Shown here: one piece after another, positions 9,699 to 19,900 of the stretch
Position numbering within the stretch: position 1 is the stretch's first letter
Layout: every line of letters starts with the position of its first letter
Assembly: GCA_002794465.1 (NCBI GenBank)
Contig: MTSL01000213.1
Location: 154,654-186,653, forward strand
Length of the DNA: 32,000 nt
Source of the DNA: Paramicrosporidium saccamoebae KSL3
Taxonomy: Eukaryota; Fungi; Cryptomycota
Reading direction: 5' to 3'
The notes under the pieces: model-generated
What the model was told of the DNA's origin: nothing
Seen by the model: only the letters and a program-made list of their open reading frames with translations
Database searches by the model: none
Program-made: the position numbers and the translations under genes

Positions 9699-9851
9699 TG
9701 TCGCGTAGTGGGGATAAATAGTATGGATACACATCTCACTGTCCTCAAATACCCAGCAAAGCGATCCACTCTAGCACACAAATACCCGGCAAAGCGATCC
9801 ACTCTAGCACACAAATACCCAACTAATCAATCCTCTGCGCCTCTACGTCAC
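9699..9851 (-). mobile_element. Decayed, internally rearranged copy of the solo-LTR family containing a 33-bp tandem repeat (9746-9821)
   Basis: Left end TGTCGCGTAGTGGGGATAA matches the copy 3 end. CAAATACCCAACTAATCA (9812-9829) is identical to the reverse complement of the copy 2 start, followed by CTACGTCAC. Flanks ATGT/CTGT match only imperfectly. Confidence 0.55.
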
Positions 9852-9918
9852 TGTTATCATAAACACGAAATTTTAACAAAGTATACTTTGAATATGTCGT
9901 TGCTATTATTTTCTATCC

Positions 9919-11499
9919 TTAAAACTGCGCAAGACTCAAGGCAATCGCAGCCCGAATATCTTCATCGTCACTTCCATAGAGTCCATCTTGCCAATTTTCC
10001 ACAGAGGACTGATTAGGCTTACTTGGATCACAGGAATCACCCTGACCAGCTACCTTGGTGGAAGAGTCCAGTGTCTTCTTATCATGATCAAGAAGATCGT
10101 CCAAATTCTCATCGCATTCATCAAATTGCCAGTCTTTCTTCCTGTTGCGTCTAGGAAGCACATTACCCTTAAACTCATTGGATTTGGCTGGGCGGTTAAT
10201 TTCATGATTAGTACTAACTGGAAATTCATCGAAAAAGTTCCATGTCACATCTCTCTCCTCCTCATTCGGCAGATTAGAATTGTTCACACAGAGAAAAGTT
10301 TGAGTTTGTGATGAACATGTAGCCAAAGTCGAGAGCTCTACAGTTGCCGTCCATTTAGGTATGGTGCTCTCGTCGAACTGTTCGCCGAGTCTGTCCTGCT
10401 CATCCTTTGGGAGGTCCTCTGTTATGGGTTGATCTCTTGGAGCAACTCTCTTGAAGCGGCCAAGGTTTGCCAGAATAATCTCGGGAATTTCTGCCTTGTA
10501 CTCACCATGCCAATTTATGGCTTCAGATTCCTTTACATAGAATAAAAGCGCAACTTTGTCTTGGTATGAGAGCTCTGCATTCTTCTTCAGACGAGTGGCC
10601 GAGCTATCGTTGAAGCAATACCAGTCGTCGTCAGAAGTGTTGGTACGTACAACGGCTTTGAAATGCCCTGGCCTGCCGATTACCATTCCATTCAAGTGGT
10701 AAGTCTCGCCCCCAATGTCAAGAGTCTTGGTATAGTGCAGTTTGGCCTTGGAGTTGGTAAAGTGGATATTATCACGCTTCACTAGGACGGGCAGGATGGG
10801 GCCCGTAGATACGATGGTGTATTTTTCTTGGATATTGTACTGTTGACCAAATACCACTTTAGCATCAGTCAAAAGCTGATCGATAGTCTGATCACCAGTC
10901 TTGGTAATATTGACTCCCTCAATGGAAGAGCCAATATTGTCCAAAAGATATTGAAGATCTTGCTCCTTCGAGTCATCACTCAGTACTGAAACCTGTACGC
11001 TTGAAACGACGTCGGTTATTTGTCTGGAATACGTAACGTCACCATAGGTCAAAGTTCTTTCGAGTTTTGCGTACACAAGATCATTTACCAGCGGCAGGAC
11101 ATTTGCAAGCCACATTAAAAAAATGTCTGGATCACCTAGTTGGTAAGGCTTCAGCTCTAGTCCTTTTTGTTCTCCAGTGATGCTCGCCGAGTAGGCTTGA
11201 TAAAAGCCAGGATCGATACTGACTGCATTGGCACTTGAAGAGGGATACTCATCTCGTTTGTATTGGTCTTTTGGAGCCATCTGCAGTTTAGCAAACACAT
11301 CAGCGAGGGCCAGGTGGATCTCGCTGCCTGCTTCCCCAACGTTGAAGACAGCCGCGCGAAAGTTGTTGAGAGCAAAAAGATTCTGTAGGACTGAGGCGAG
11401 ATAGCACAAATTTCTCCCCTCATTTATGATACCCACAGGGACAGTATTCTGTGCGCACCAAACAGTGGTACAAGACAAGAGGATGAGAAGCAGCTTCAT
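9919..11499 (-). CDS. Secreted USP-family deubiquitinase-like protein B with C-terminal UIM (~526 aa from ATG 11499)
   Basis: Paralog of 7702-9462: MKLLLILLSCTTVWCA, GIINEGRNLCYLASVLQNL, GDPDIFLMWL, YHLNGMVIGRPGHFKAVVR, WYCFNDS, C-terminal DDEDIRAAIALSLAQF. ATG 11499 is preferred over 11613 because it aligns with the paralog start and shares the CAAAATG context. Confidence 0.8.
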   Translation of the reverse strand: MKLLLILLSCTTVWCAQNTVPVGIINEGRNLCYLASVLQNLFALNNFRAAVFNVGEAGSEIHLALADVFAKLQMAPKDQYKRDEYPSSSANAVSIDPGFYQAYSASITGEQKGLELKPYQLGDPDIFLMWLANVLPLVNDLVYAKLERTLTYGDVTYSRQITDVVSSVQVSVLSDDSKEQDLQYLLDNIGSSIEGVNITKTGDQTIDQLLTDAKVVFGQQYNIQEKYTIVSTGPILPVLVKRDNIHFTNSKAKLHYTKTLDIGGETYHLNGMVIGRPGHFKAVVRTNTSDDDWYCFNDSSATRLKKNAELSYQDKVALLFYVKESEAINWHGEYKAEIPEIILANLGRFKRVAPRDQPITEDLPKDEQDRLGEQFDESTIPKWTATVELSTLATCSSQTQTFLCVNNSNLPNEEERDVTWNFFDEFPVSTNHEINRPAKSNEFKGNVLPRRNRKKDWQFDECDENLDDLLDHDKKTLDSSTKVAGQGDSCDPSKPNQSSVENWQDGLYGSDDEDIRAAIALSLAQF

Positions 11500-11841
11500 T
11501 TTGCCAAAGTCCGGGGGTAGTGATTCCATCCGAGACAGGGTTTTGTATATCACATGACCATTACCGATCGACCCTTTGTCAATTAAAAGCACGGATATTA
11601 AAAGCATGAACAATAAAGAAACACGGATGGACAGTCAAAGCGTGTTCGCAGCAGAAAAAGCACGCCGCGGCCGATAATGCGTACATGGCCACAAAAAGTC
11701 ATCAGCACGAGTGTGGCTTGTCTTGAGTAGAGTGATTCCATCTTCAATGCTTGGCACCGTTTAATTTACCTCTTTTGATATTTGAAGGGTTCGAGGCGCC
11801 AGTTGTGTTTATGGAAAGTGTTCATGGCCAGGGTCCTCTCA

Positions 11842-12391
11842 ATGTTGGTCTACACCGACGTCATTTCCGGTACCTTTTTATCCATCCATCTCATCTCTAG
11901 GCGATGAGCTCCTCAGCGACTCCTTCAAGATCCAGACCGAAGACGATATTGTTTATCGCGTAGAGTGCAAGAACGTCCGCAAGGGAGCCGTAGAGATTAA
12001 CATTGGCGCCAACCCGACGACTGGTGATGGCGAGGCCGGTGCTGCGCCCGAGGAGGCCGTTGAAGATGGCTCTTATGAGGTCATTGATGTCGTGGACGCG
12101 TGCCGTCTGGAGACTACCGTCTTTGACAAGAAGAGCTACATGGCCCACATTAAAGACTACATGAAGGCCATTAAGGAGTATCTCAAGGATCGGAACCCGG
12201 ATCGCGTGCCCGTGTTCGAAAAGGCTGCGGCTACGTATGTCAAGAAGGTTTTGGAAAACTTTAGCAATTATGGCTTCTTTACTGGAGAGAACTGTGACCC
12301 GACTGGAATGGCCGTGCTCTATGAGGAGGCCGCCGATGGAAAGACTTACATGATCTACTGGAAGGACGGTCTCAAGGCCGAAAAGTACTAA
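11842..12391 (+). CDS. TPT1: Translationally controlled tumour protein (TCTP/Tma19); exons 11842-11869 + 11901-12391 (172 aa)
   Basis: MLVYTDVISG-DELLSDSF, INIGANP, VIDVVDACRL, FDKKSYMAHIKDYMKAI, FFTGEN.DPTGM, YWKDGLKAEKY. 31-nt GT-AG intron 11870-11900. Confidence 0.95.
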
Positions 12392-12620
12392 GTCAAGCGT
12401 GAGAGTTCGTATATAACGGATCGGGGATTGGAGAGGAAGAGTCTTGATTTCCAACTTTACCAATAACCAATAAAGCTCTTTGTAACTGTGATGTAGAGAG
12501 GGTGGTAAAATGGTTAGCGGGAGGTGTTGAGACTGAAGGGTGTGATGAAAAGCCACTGACACGCAATGAGTGAATTAATCTGACCATTGTCTTGGTAATA
12601 CCCAAGCTGTAGTGACCAAG

Positions 12621-12813
12621 TCGTAGATTTCCATTATGCAGCACAAGTCTGGTAGTTCTACGTAATACAATTCCGGTAGTTCTACGCAATACCATCCTGG
12701 TAATCTCCCATCACGCAACACAGGTCTGGTCATTTCCCATTACGCAACACAGGTCTGGTAATATCCCATTATGTAACAAGTCTATAACAACTTCCCCTCT
12801 GCTGCTACGCTGC
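12621..12813 (+). repeat. Degenerate tandem array of 24-30-bp units resembling the right end of the solo-LTR family
   Basis: Units ggtaatctcccatcacgcaacacaggtct / ggtcatttcccattacgcaacacaggtct / ggtaatatcccattatgtaacaagtct versus the LTR end ggtactatccccactacgcaaca. AAGTCTATAACAACTT is shared with ~1286-1301. Confidence 0.65.
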
Positions 12814-13178
12814 AAAAACGCGGAAACCTCATTATTAATACATTGGAATGCTTTTATTAGAGCACTATGTTACAAAAGTCTAAAGAGATGAGTATAAGGA
12901 CAGATGGTGCTCAGAAAGCCATGCTTTTATCGTCAGGGAAATTCGGAAGATTGACAGATTAAAATAGTTCTTCATCACTGCACCGTTATTTACCTTTGCA
13001 TATGCAATTGAAGAAGCAATCAGAACTTCTTAGAGATTTGCTATCATCCCCGTAGGTCCAGCAAGTTGAGTTCATCATTTCACTGACGACGGCAGTTGCC
13101 CACCGTCGTCAAATTTCTGCACCCCGGCCATTGCTGTCCTTTTATATCTGTCCAATCGAGACTGGGCGCGGGAAATCT

Positions 13179-13733
13179 ATGGGACGACCACGCAAAAATG
13201 TGCCTGCGAATAATGAGTATGAAGTGGAACGGATAGTAGATAAGCGTACGCGGAGGAGAAAAATTGAATATCAAGTAAAATGGGTTGGCTATCCCGAGAG
13301 CGAAAATACTTGGCAGACGGTCGACTCTATGAACTGTCCAAAGTTGATTGCCGAGTACGAGGAAGGGGAAGCTGAAGAGACAGACGCGTCAAACGAGTCG
13401 AACGAAACTTACGAAACGTACGAGACAGATGGAACGGATGAGACGGAGGAGATAAAGACGAAGCGATCGGGTCGCACCACCAGTCCCAAACAGAGGCGAG
13501 TGGGAGCTCTGATTAAAATACAGCCAGAAGGTGATTACAAGCCAGGTGATTGGGAGGATGAGGTTCTTCAGGTAGATAATGTGACGCGCAATGGGTCAGG
13601 CGGATTAAACATACACATTCAATGGGTTGATGGAGAATACACTGAGGAGCTGGCCGTTGAAGCAAATGTGCGGTGCCCACAAAAGGTCATAAGCTTTTAC
13701 GAATCAAGGCTTAAATTTCGAAGGACCATTTAG
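13179..13733 (+). CDS. HP1: HP1/Swi6-like chromodomain plus chromo-shadow protein (~184 aa)
   Basis: Chromodomain EYEVERIVDKR..IEYQVKWVGYPESENTW with the Y/W/Y aromatic cage, an acidic/basic hinge, and shadow domain ANVRCPQKVISFYESRLKF. First in-frame ATG at 13179. Confidence 0.88.
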   Translation: MGRPRKNVPANNEYEVERIVDKRTRRRKIEYQVKWVGYPESENTWQTVDSMNCPKLIAEYEEGEAEETDASNESNETYETYETDGTDETEEIKTKRSGRTTSPKQRRVGALIKIQPEGDYKPGDWEDEVLQVDNVTRNGSGGLNIHIQWVDGEYTEELAVEANVRCPQKVISFYESRLKFRRTI

Positions 13734-13795
13734 TTATAAATTTTATTTCACCGGATTTAGGGGCGAATTGTAGCTGGATGTGAAGAGTAAATAGG

Positions 13796-13855
13796 TGCGG
13801 AGAGGCCAATCTACGTAGAATGCGGAGAGGCCGATCTACGTGGAATGCGTAGATG
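13796..13855 (+). repeat. 25-bp tandem repeat (~2.4 copies)
   Basis: tgcggagaggccaatctacgtagaa / tgcggagaggccgatctacgtggaa / tgcgtagatg. Confidence 0.8.
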
Positions 13856-14064
13856 ATCTCCACAGTGTAAACGATCCCCCCGGTATAGGGGCCTGCATCC
13901 CAGAGCTATCAAACTAACAAAAAGGCGAGTTTTATCGGAACACGTTCACATGATCTGGACATTGGGATCTCTACACTTTCTAGGAGGCCAAGATTACCAC
14001 ATGAGTATCATCTACCACAAATTGCAAATATATTAGAACACTATTACAGCTAGGAGATGATCTT

Positions 14065-14996
14065 TTAGAGCGAATCGCATTCGATCTTTGCTAATTGGTA
14101 AGTCTCTGGCCAGTCTTTAATGTTCTCGCAGATAAACTTGGTATGCTGGAGCGCTTTTTTATGCCATTCGACCGGCTTTGCTACGGTTGGCGGCTTCTGA
14201 ACAGCTTTTATGGCTGCCTCAGCCTTGCGGACGACCCACGATGATACATCCACGGACGGCACACCAAAATAGGCTCTTACTCGCTGTCTGCCTTCAAAGG
14301 CGAGCGTGCACCAGAATGGCTGCTCGTTGGTGAGGTTCTCGATGACGCAAAGACTCGGAAAGGTGGCAAGCAAATACGCTGATGCGTGGTTATACCGGTT
14401 GGCTGCCTCAAGAATCTCGGGTGTTCTATCTTTGAGTGCAGCTGGTAGGCTCACGGAACCAACGCTTTTGGCTAGATAATATAGACACCCCATTGTCTTT
14501 TCCAAGGGACTATCTGGGTTGGACATGATCGCCATACTATATGGTTAGAACCATCCAGCAATAAGTGGTACCAATGTTTTTGAATAGAGTATTCGGAGAG
14601 CTGTGTATCAATATAGTCTAGAGCCAAGAAGCATGTATTGAAATCCTCGCTTTTGCAGGCCAGGTCGAAAGTCTCTGCTCGAACACTATCAGCCAATATT
14701 TTCTTTTGTGGTTCCTTCAGTTGTATCAGCTGTGCGTTTGCCTCATTCAAGTACGCGCTCACAATATGCAATGGAGTATCGCGGATGACAGCGGCAAATT
14801 TACTACGCTGGTTACTTAGCGCGGCCGCTGCCACTATCTTTGGAAAATTGGTCACTTGAAGCTGGGAAGCCCCGCTTGGCAGGGTTGGTAGACCTTCCTT
14901 GCCCGCCGCCTCAATCACCTCCTTTAACTCTTCCACACTTGGAATTTCTGCATGGATACTGAGCAGAAAAAACACGAGAACAAAGAGATGCTTCAT
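14065..14996 (-). CDS. Hypothetical secreted, predicted helical protein; exons 14996-14572 + 14536-14065 (~298 aa)
   Basis: Signal-like MKHLFVLVFFLLSIHA. A 35-nt GT-AG intron (14537-14571) with a canonical CTAAC branch joins the two overlapping ORFs in frame (..KHC-MAIMSNPD..). No family recognised. Confidence 0.7.
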
Positions 14997-15104
14997 GATG
15001 TCGCAATGGGACCACGGGACTATGTAGAGCTATGGACGGACGAATCATAAAATGCATTTGCACCACCTCGAACCAATCATATCCAATAATCGGCATTACA
15101 TGGC

Positions 15105-15370
15105 ACTGTATAATTGTAATCGATATTATGCAACTGTATAAACGAAATTGACATTCCGTGACTGTATAAGTGACATCGACCTTATGCAACTGTATAAGCA
15201 AAATTAAAATTCCGTGACTGTATAAGTGGAATCGATCTTATGCAACTGTGTATCTTGGAATTGACATTGATTGTATACTTTGAAATTGACATTCTGTGAC
15301 TGTATAATTTGGAATTAACATTCTGTGGCTGTAAACTTTGGAATTGATATTATGTGACTGTATAATTTGG
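15105..15370 (+). repeat. Minisatellite, ~9-10 units of 28-29 bp starting ACTGTATA
   Basis: actgtataaacgaaattgacattccgtg / actgtataagtgacatcgaccttatgca / actgtataagcaaaattaaaattccgtg / actgtataagtggaatcgatcttatgca ... No unique spacers. Confidence 0.85.
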
Positions 15371-15448
15371 TATACTCCTAGCGGTTAGATTTGACTCTTA
15401 GGAATTTGACGGCTTACCATTCATTGGATAGCCGAGGTAGTGTTCGGC

Positions 15449-16570
15449 ATGAGAGTTGCTATACAGGGCTGTGGGCATGGAAACCTCAATTCCATTTATG
15501 CGGCCCTTGCAAAGCTACAGAATGACCGTCCGGTGGATTTGCTGCTGATATGCGGTGATTTCCAAGCAGTACGACATGAGGCCGACCTGGAGACACTGGC
15601 TTGCCCCCCCAAATACCGACACCTGGGCGACTTTCCCGAATATTACAGTGGAAGGAGGAAGGCGCCCGTGCTGACACTGTTTATTGGAGGAAACCATGAG
15701 GCGAGTTCGCATCTGTGGGATTTGTATCATGGCGGCTGGGTGGCACCGAACATGTACTTTTTGGGCTTTTCCGGCTGTGTGCGGTTTGGAGGACTGCGGA
15801 TTTCGGGAATCAGTGGGCTGTATGACCCGCGTCACATAAAAATGGGATATTATGAACGGATGCCATACACAGGCGACATGATCCGCTCCATATACCACAC
15901 CCGGGAAGTGGAATACCGAAAGTTGGAGCTGTTGCAGGGAAAGACGGACGTGTTCATGTCGCATGAATGGCCTCACAAGATTTACGAACACGGTAATCTT
16001 AATGAACTACTGCGCTGCAAACCACACTTTCGTAACGACATTCAATCACGCGGTATTGGTGCTCCTCCCCTTGCCAAGCTGCTGAAAGTGTTGCAACCGA
16101 TCCGTTGGTATGCGGCGCATATGCACGTGGAATTCAAAGCGACGGTGCAACATGATCAAAATGTCACCGAGTTTTTGGCATTGGACAAATGTTTACCGGG
16201 ACGACGACATATGCAGATAGTAGACATTCCCGCCGCTGGACCGATGCAGCTGGAGTATGACGAGGAATGGCTTTCTATTGTGCGGGCCATGGACCCTTTC
16301 TTAAGCCTAAACCGGACCGCCCCAGCCATTCCTGACAAAGTTGATCTCACTGACCATGTTGATTTTGTCCGTCGTCTCAAGGAAAGCCGTAGTCTAAAGA
16401 TTTCTGAACGAAATAGCAAGCCATCCGACACGCCAGGGAAACGCACAACTCTTTTGCAAACCAGCGAATTTTGTCGTATGTTACAAATTCAGGATCGTTG
16501 GGGGTTACCCTTTAATCTCAAATTGACCAATAATCCCGATGAGATTTGCAGTCATGAGAATAACCAGTAG
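15449..16570 (+). CDS. DBR1: Lariat debranching enzyme (~373 aa)
   Basis: Metallophosphoesterase motifs GCGHG, CGDFQA, GGNHE, SHEWP, AAHMH, FLALDKCLPGR, and C-terminal NPDEI. First ATG at 15449. Confidence 0.95.
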   Translation: MRVAIQGCGHGNLNSIYAALAKLQNDRPVDLLLICGDFQAVRHEADLETLACPPKYRHLGDFPEYYSGRRKAPVLTLFIGGNHEASSHLWDLYHGGWVAPNMYFLGFSGCVRFGGLRISGISGLYDPRHIKMGYYERMPYTGDMIRSIYHTREVEYRKLELLQGKTDVFMSHEWPHKIYEHGNLNELLRCKPHFRNDIQSRGIGAPPLAKLLKVLQPIRWYAAHMHVEFKATVQHDQNVTEFLALDKCLPGRRHMQIVDIPAAGPMQLEYDEEWLSIVRAMDPFLSLNRTAPAIPDKVDLTDHVDFVRRLKESRSLKISERNSKPSDTPGKRTTLLQTSEFCRMLQIQDRWGLPFNLKLTNNPDEICSHENNQ

Positions 16571-16651
16571 ATGAATGTATTTGTAGTAAACGATATGTGG
16601 TGTGCTAAATTGGCTACCACTGATTTTGTGTAAACGTTGGGATGACTACAC

Positions 16652-16858
16652 AAAATCATAGGACCCACACGAAATCATAAAACCCACACGAGATCATAGA
16701 ATCCGCGCGAGACCATAGAACCCACACTAAATCATAGGCTCCACGCGAAATCATAGAACCCACACGAAACCATAAAATCCGCACTAAATCTACACAGAAT
16801 CTACACAAAGTCTACACGGAATCTGCATAGAATCTACACAAAATCTACACTGAATCCA
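16652..16858 (+). repeat. Compound minisatellite: ~7 x 19-bp (GAAATCATAGAACCCACAC) then ~6-7 x 11-bp (AATCTACACAG)
   Basis: Read directly between the convergent DBR1 and XDH stop codons. Confidence 0.85.
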
Positions 16859-16910
16859 CCCATCCCCATGCGCATAAAGTCCACACAAAACCTACCCCCC
16901 CCCACTTTTA

Positions 16911-19900
16911 TTATACTTCAAAACACCAAGCTTGTTTGTTAAGACGAGGATTTTCAACAGCCACAAAGGCATCACCACAGGCCAATCGAATGCGTTCAGC
17001 GGTGGCCGGACTATCCATCACAAGAGGCGGACAATCATGAATTGCATCTCGACGGGCCGAACGCACGGCATGTTGGATGGCAAAGAGCACCGAGGCGGCC
17101 AGGAATAGTGGTGGCTCACCCACAGCCTTACTACTGTGTACCGCCCGATGGTTTTCACGATCTTTTAACAGAGCAACATGGAATTGACGCGGGATATCTC
17201 CTGCTGTAGGGATCTTGTAGCCTCCGGGCCCCCGGTTGAGTAGCATTCCGGTGGATAGATAAAGTGGCTGCTCCATGGTGAATAAACCGAGACCCTGAGT
17301 AAAGGCGCCCTCGATTTGACCAATATCCACGGTGGGGTTCAGCGACCGTCCCAGATCCATCAGAATGTCCGTACGCAACACCGTGTGGTCTCCTGTGAGC
17401 ACATCAATTTCCACTTCACTCACTCCGACACCATAGGTAAAGTAGTTGTACAATCTACCGGTGCCAGTTGTCCAATCAAAGCCCAAATCGGGGGTGGCAT
17501 AGAAACCACGTGCTGATAGATCGATTCGCTCATTATATGCCCGTCCAACCGTCTCTTGAAAGGATGCGGAGGGATGGGCATCAATTAGGGGCTGTAGACG
17601 TTCCATGAGGATAGTGCAGGCGCGTAGAACGGCCATCCCGTTCAAATCGCTGGACACGCTGGCAGCACTGGGTGATGTATTGGGAACGGTGGCGGTGCTG
17701 GTCTCATTGAAATGTACCTGATCCAAAGCCACACCAAAGACGTCAGCAGCAATCTGCGTCATTTTGGTGTGCAAGCCCTGTCCCATCTCCACGCCGCCAT
17801 GGGTCAGGAGAATACTGCCATCGCGATAAATGTGCACCAAAGCTCCTGCCTGATTCAGAAATCTTACTCCAAAGGCAACGCCAAAAGTAGTAGGGATTAT
17901 AGCAATTCCCCGCTTCTTCCATCTATTTACCGCGTTGAATTCCTTCACCTTTTGCAGTCGTGCCATGTACTCTGAAGAGACAACAAGCTCCTCCCACATG
18001 CGCACCAACGGGGTGTCCTCCATCTCCATGCCAAACGGAGTGACATTTCCATCCACATATAAATTCTTCCTGCGGATCACGTGGGGATCGATCCTAGAGA
18101 CCTGGGCCAAATGTTCAATGATAGTTTCGCAGAAAAAGTTTCCCTGGGGGCAGCCAAACCCGCGGAATGCCGTGTTGGATGGCAAATTGGTTTTACAGAC
18201 GCGGCCATGGACAACGCTGGCGGGGAAATGGTACGAATTGTTGATAGTTGTCATGGCTCGTTCCAGAACCCCCAGAGACAAATCCAAGGAATGTCCCCCA
18301 TTTGAAAACAGCTCAATCTCGACACCTTGCAGCACTCCCTCTGCATCCATACCCGCCCGATAATGCATTTTGAATGGATGGCGCTGTCCTGAAAAGATCA
18401 TATCCTCATCTCGATCCAACATGCAGCGTACCGGACGACCACATCGTTGCGCTGCCACTGCCAATGCCGCCACCAAAAAGTTGGACCGTGTCTCCTTTCC
18501 TCCAAATCCTCCACCCAGACGCTTCACCCGACAGGTGACTTTATGAGCCGGAATGTCCAACACGTGAGATGCAAATAGCTGCGCCTCGGTGGGACTCTGA
18601 GTGGATGCAATAATCTCATATTCAGCATCCTCTGGCTTGGGGATGACCAGAGCTGCCTGAGTTTCCAGATAAAAATGTTCTTGGCCCCCAATATAGCAAT
18701 TTCCATTGACCACAATGGGCGATGAGGCAATGGCTGCCTGTGCATCGCCTTTCTCGAGCTTTCGGGATGGCGAATAGAACGATCCCGCCTCAATGGCCTC
18801 CTACACATCAGCTTCGCTCTAATGATTACATCAATTGTCAGAATCGCAGAAAGGTCCTCATATTCCACCTCAATCAGTCGGGCGGCACGTTGGGCAGTAC
18901 GCTGATCCTCTGCCAGGACCAGAGCCACAATCTGTCCACAACTGGTCACCTCATCCTCCACAAATACCCGCTCATCCTTGAACACTGGACCAATCTGGTT
19001 CGTTCCCCGCACATCCCTCCATGTCACTACTTCTACTACTCCTGGCACTTCATAGGCAGGACTCGTTTCCAGACGACGGATCTTGGCATGGCTTCGAGAA
19101 CTGAGGAGTAGACCCGCATGCAATTCTCCGTGTACTTGGGGGAGATCGTCCACATATTGCGCTGTACCTGTACTATGTTTTAGCGCTGACAAATGCGGAA
19201 TAGCCTGTCCTGTACATTGCTTACCCTCGGGAGTTGGGTGGATCTGTGTGGAGGTGTACGGAAGGGCCTTTCGAGGGGCGATTGCCGAGACTTGCTCCTC
19301 GGCCAATTGCATTCCAATCTCTGAAGCCACATGCAAATAAAACTTGAAGAAGAAGGAAGACACCAAAGCATTTCGATAGTCTGTCATCCCACCTACCGCA
19401 TCGGCAGCCAATGCCAATTCAGCCTGTAGGTTAGTTGTCGTTTCCTCTGCAACTCCCTCGGCTGTCCAAATTTGACCAATCAGTGCCGCCGAGGCTGTTT
19501 TTGACATGATTGTCATCGGACCCATTCCCCCAAAGGCCATACTGCATTGGGTCACCCGGTTATCGTCGTCTAGCTCCACACAAAAGGCCGCATTGACAAT
19601 GGCAATGTCGTCGTCGCGTCTCTTGCTCTGTTTGTAGGCCATCACAAATTCGCCTTTTCTTCGGTTTCTTATTTGAATTGCCGTAATCACTTCGGCCGTC
19701 TGCAAGGCCGTCTTTCGATATCCAAGGAAAAAGCTGCTCATATCCACACTCCGATTGCCCTCCTTTGAAGCTACTGTCAGCTTGGCATCAAGCACACACC
19801 ACACTGGATTTAGATCAGAGATGGGACTGGCGGTGGCAACATTTCCCGCCCAGCTCGCCGCATTTCTGATTTGCGTGCCAGCAAACCACCGCAGCATCTC

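Noticed and set aside
11500-11613. 38-aa N-terminal extension of USP-B in the ORF track; likewise upstream starts at 13131, 15440 and 31908
   Set aside because: Downstream ATGs align with the paralog or ortholog N-termini and expose the signal peptides, so the extensions are most likely untranslated.
11780-11800. GGTTCGA B-box/T-loop-like motif upstream of TCTP
   Set aside because: No cloverleaf or matching A-box could be built around it.
15105-15370. 28-29-bp periodic repeats resembling a CRISPR array
   Set aside because: Units are contiguous and degenerate with no unique spacers, there are no cas genes, and the context is eukaryotic. The same applies to 12621-12813 and 16652-16858.
18524-18830. 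Apparent frameshift or split in XDH, and similar splits in FANCD2, NAXE, GatA and 14065-14996, suggesting pseudogenes or programmed frameshifts
   Set aside because: Each is resolved by a 29-35-nt intron with proper splice dinucleotides that restores conserved motifs.
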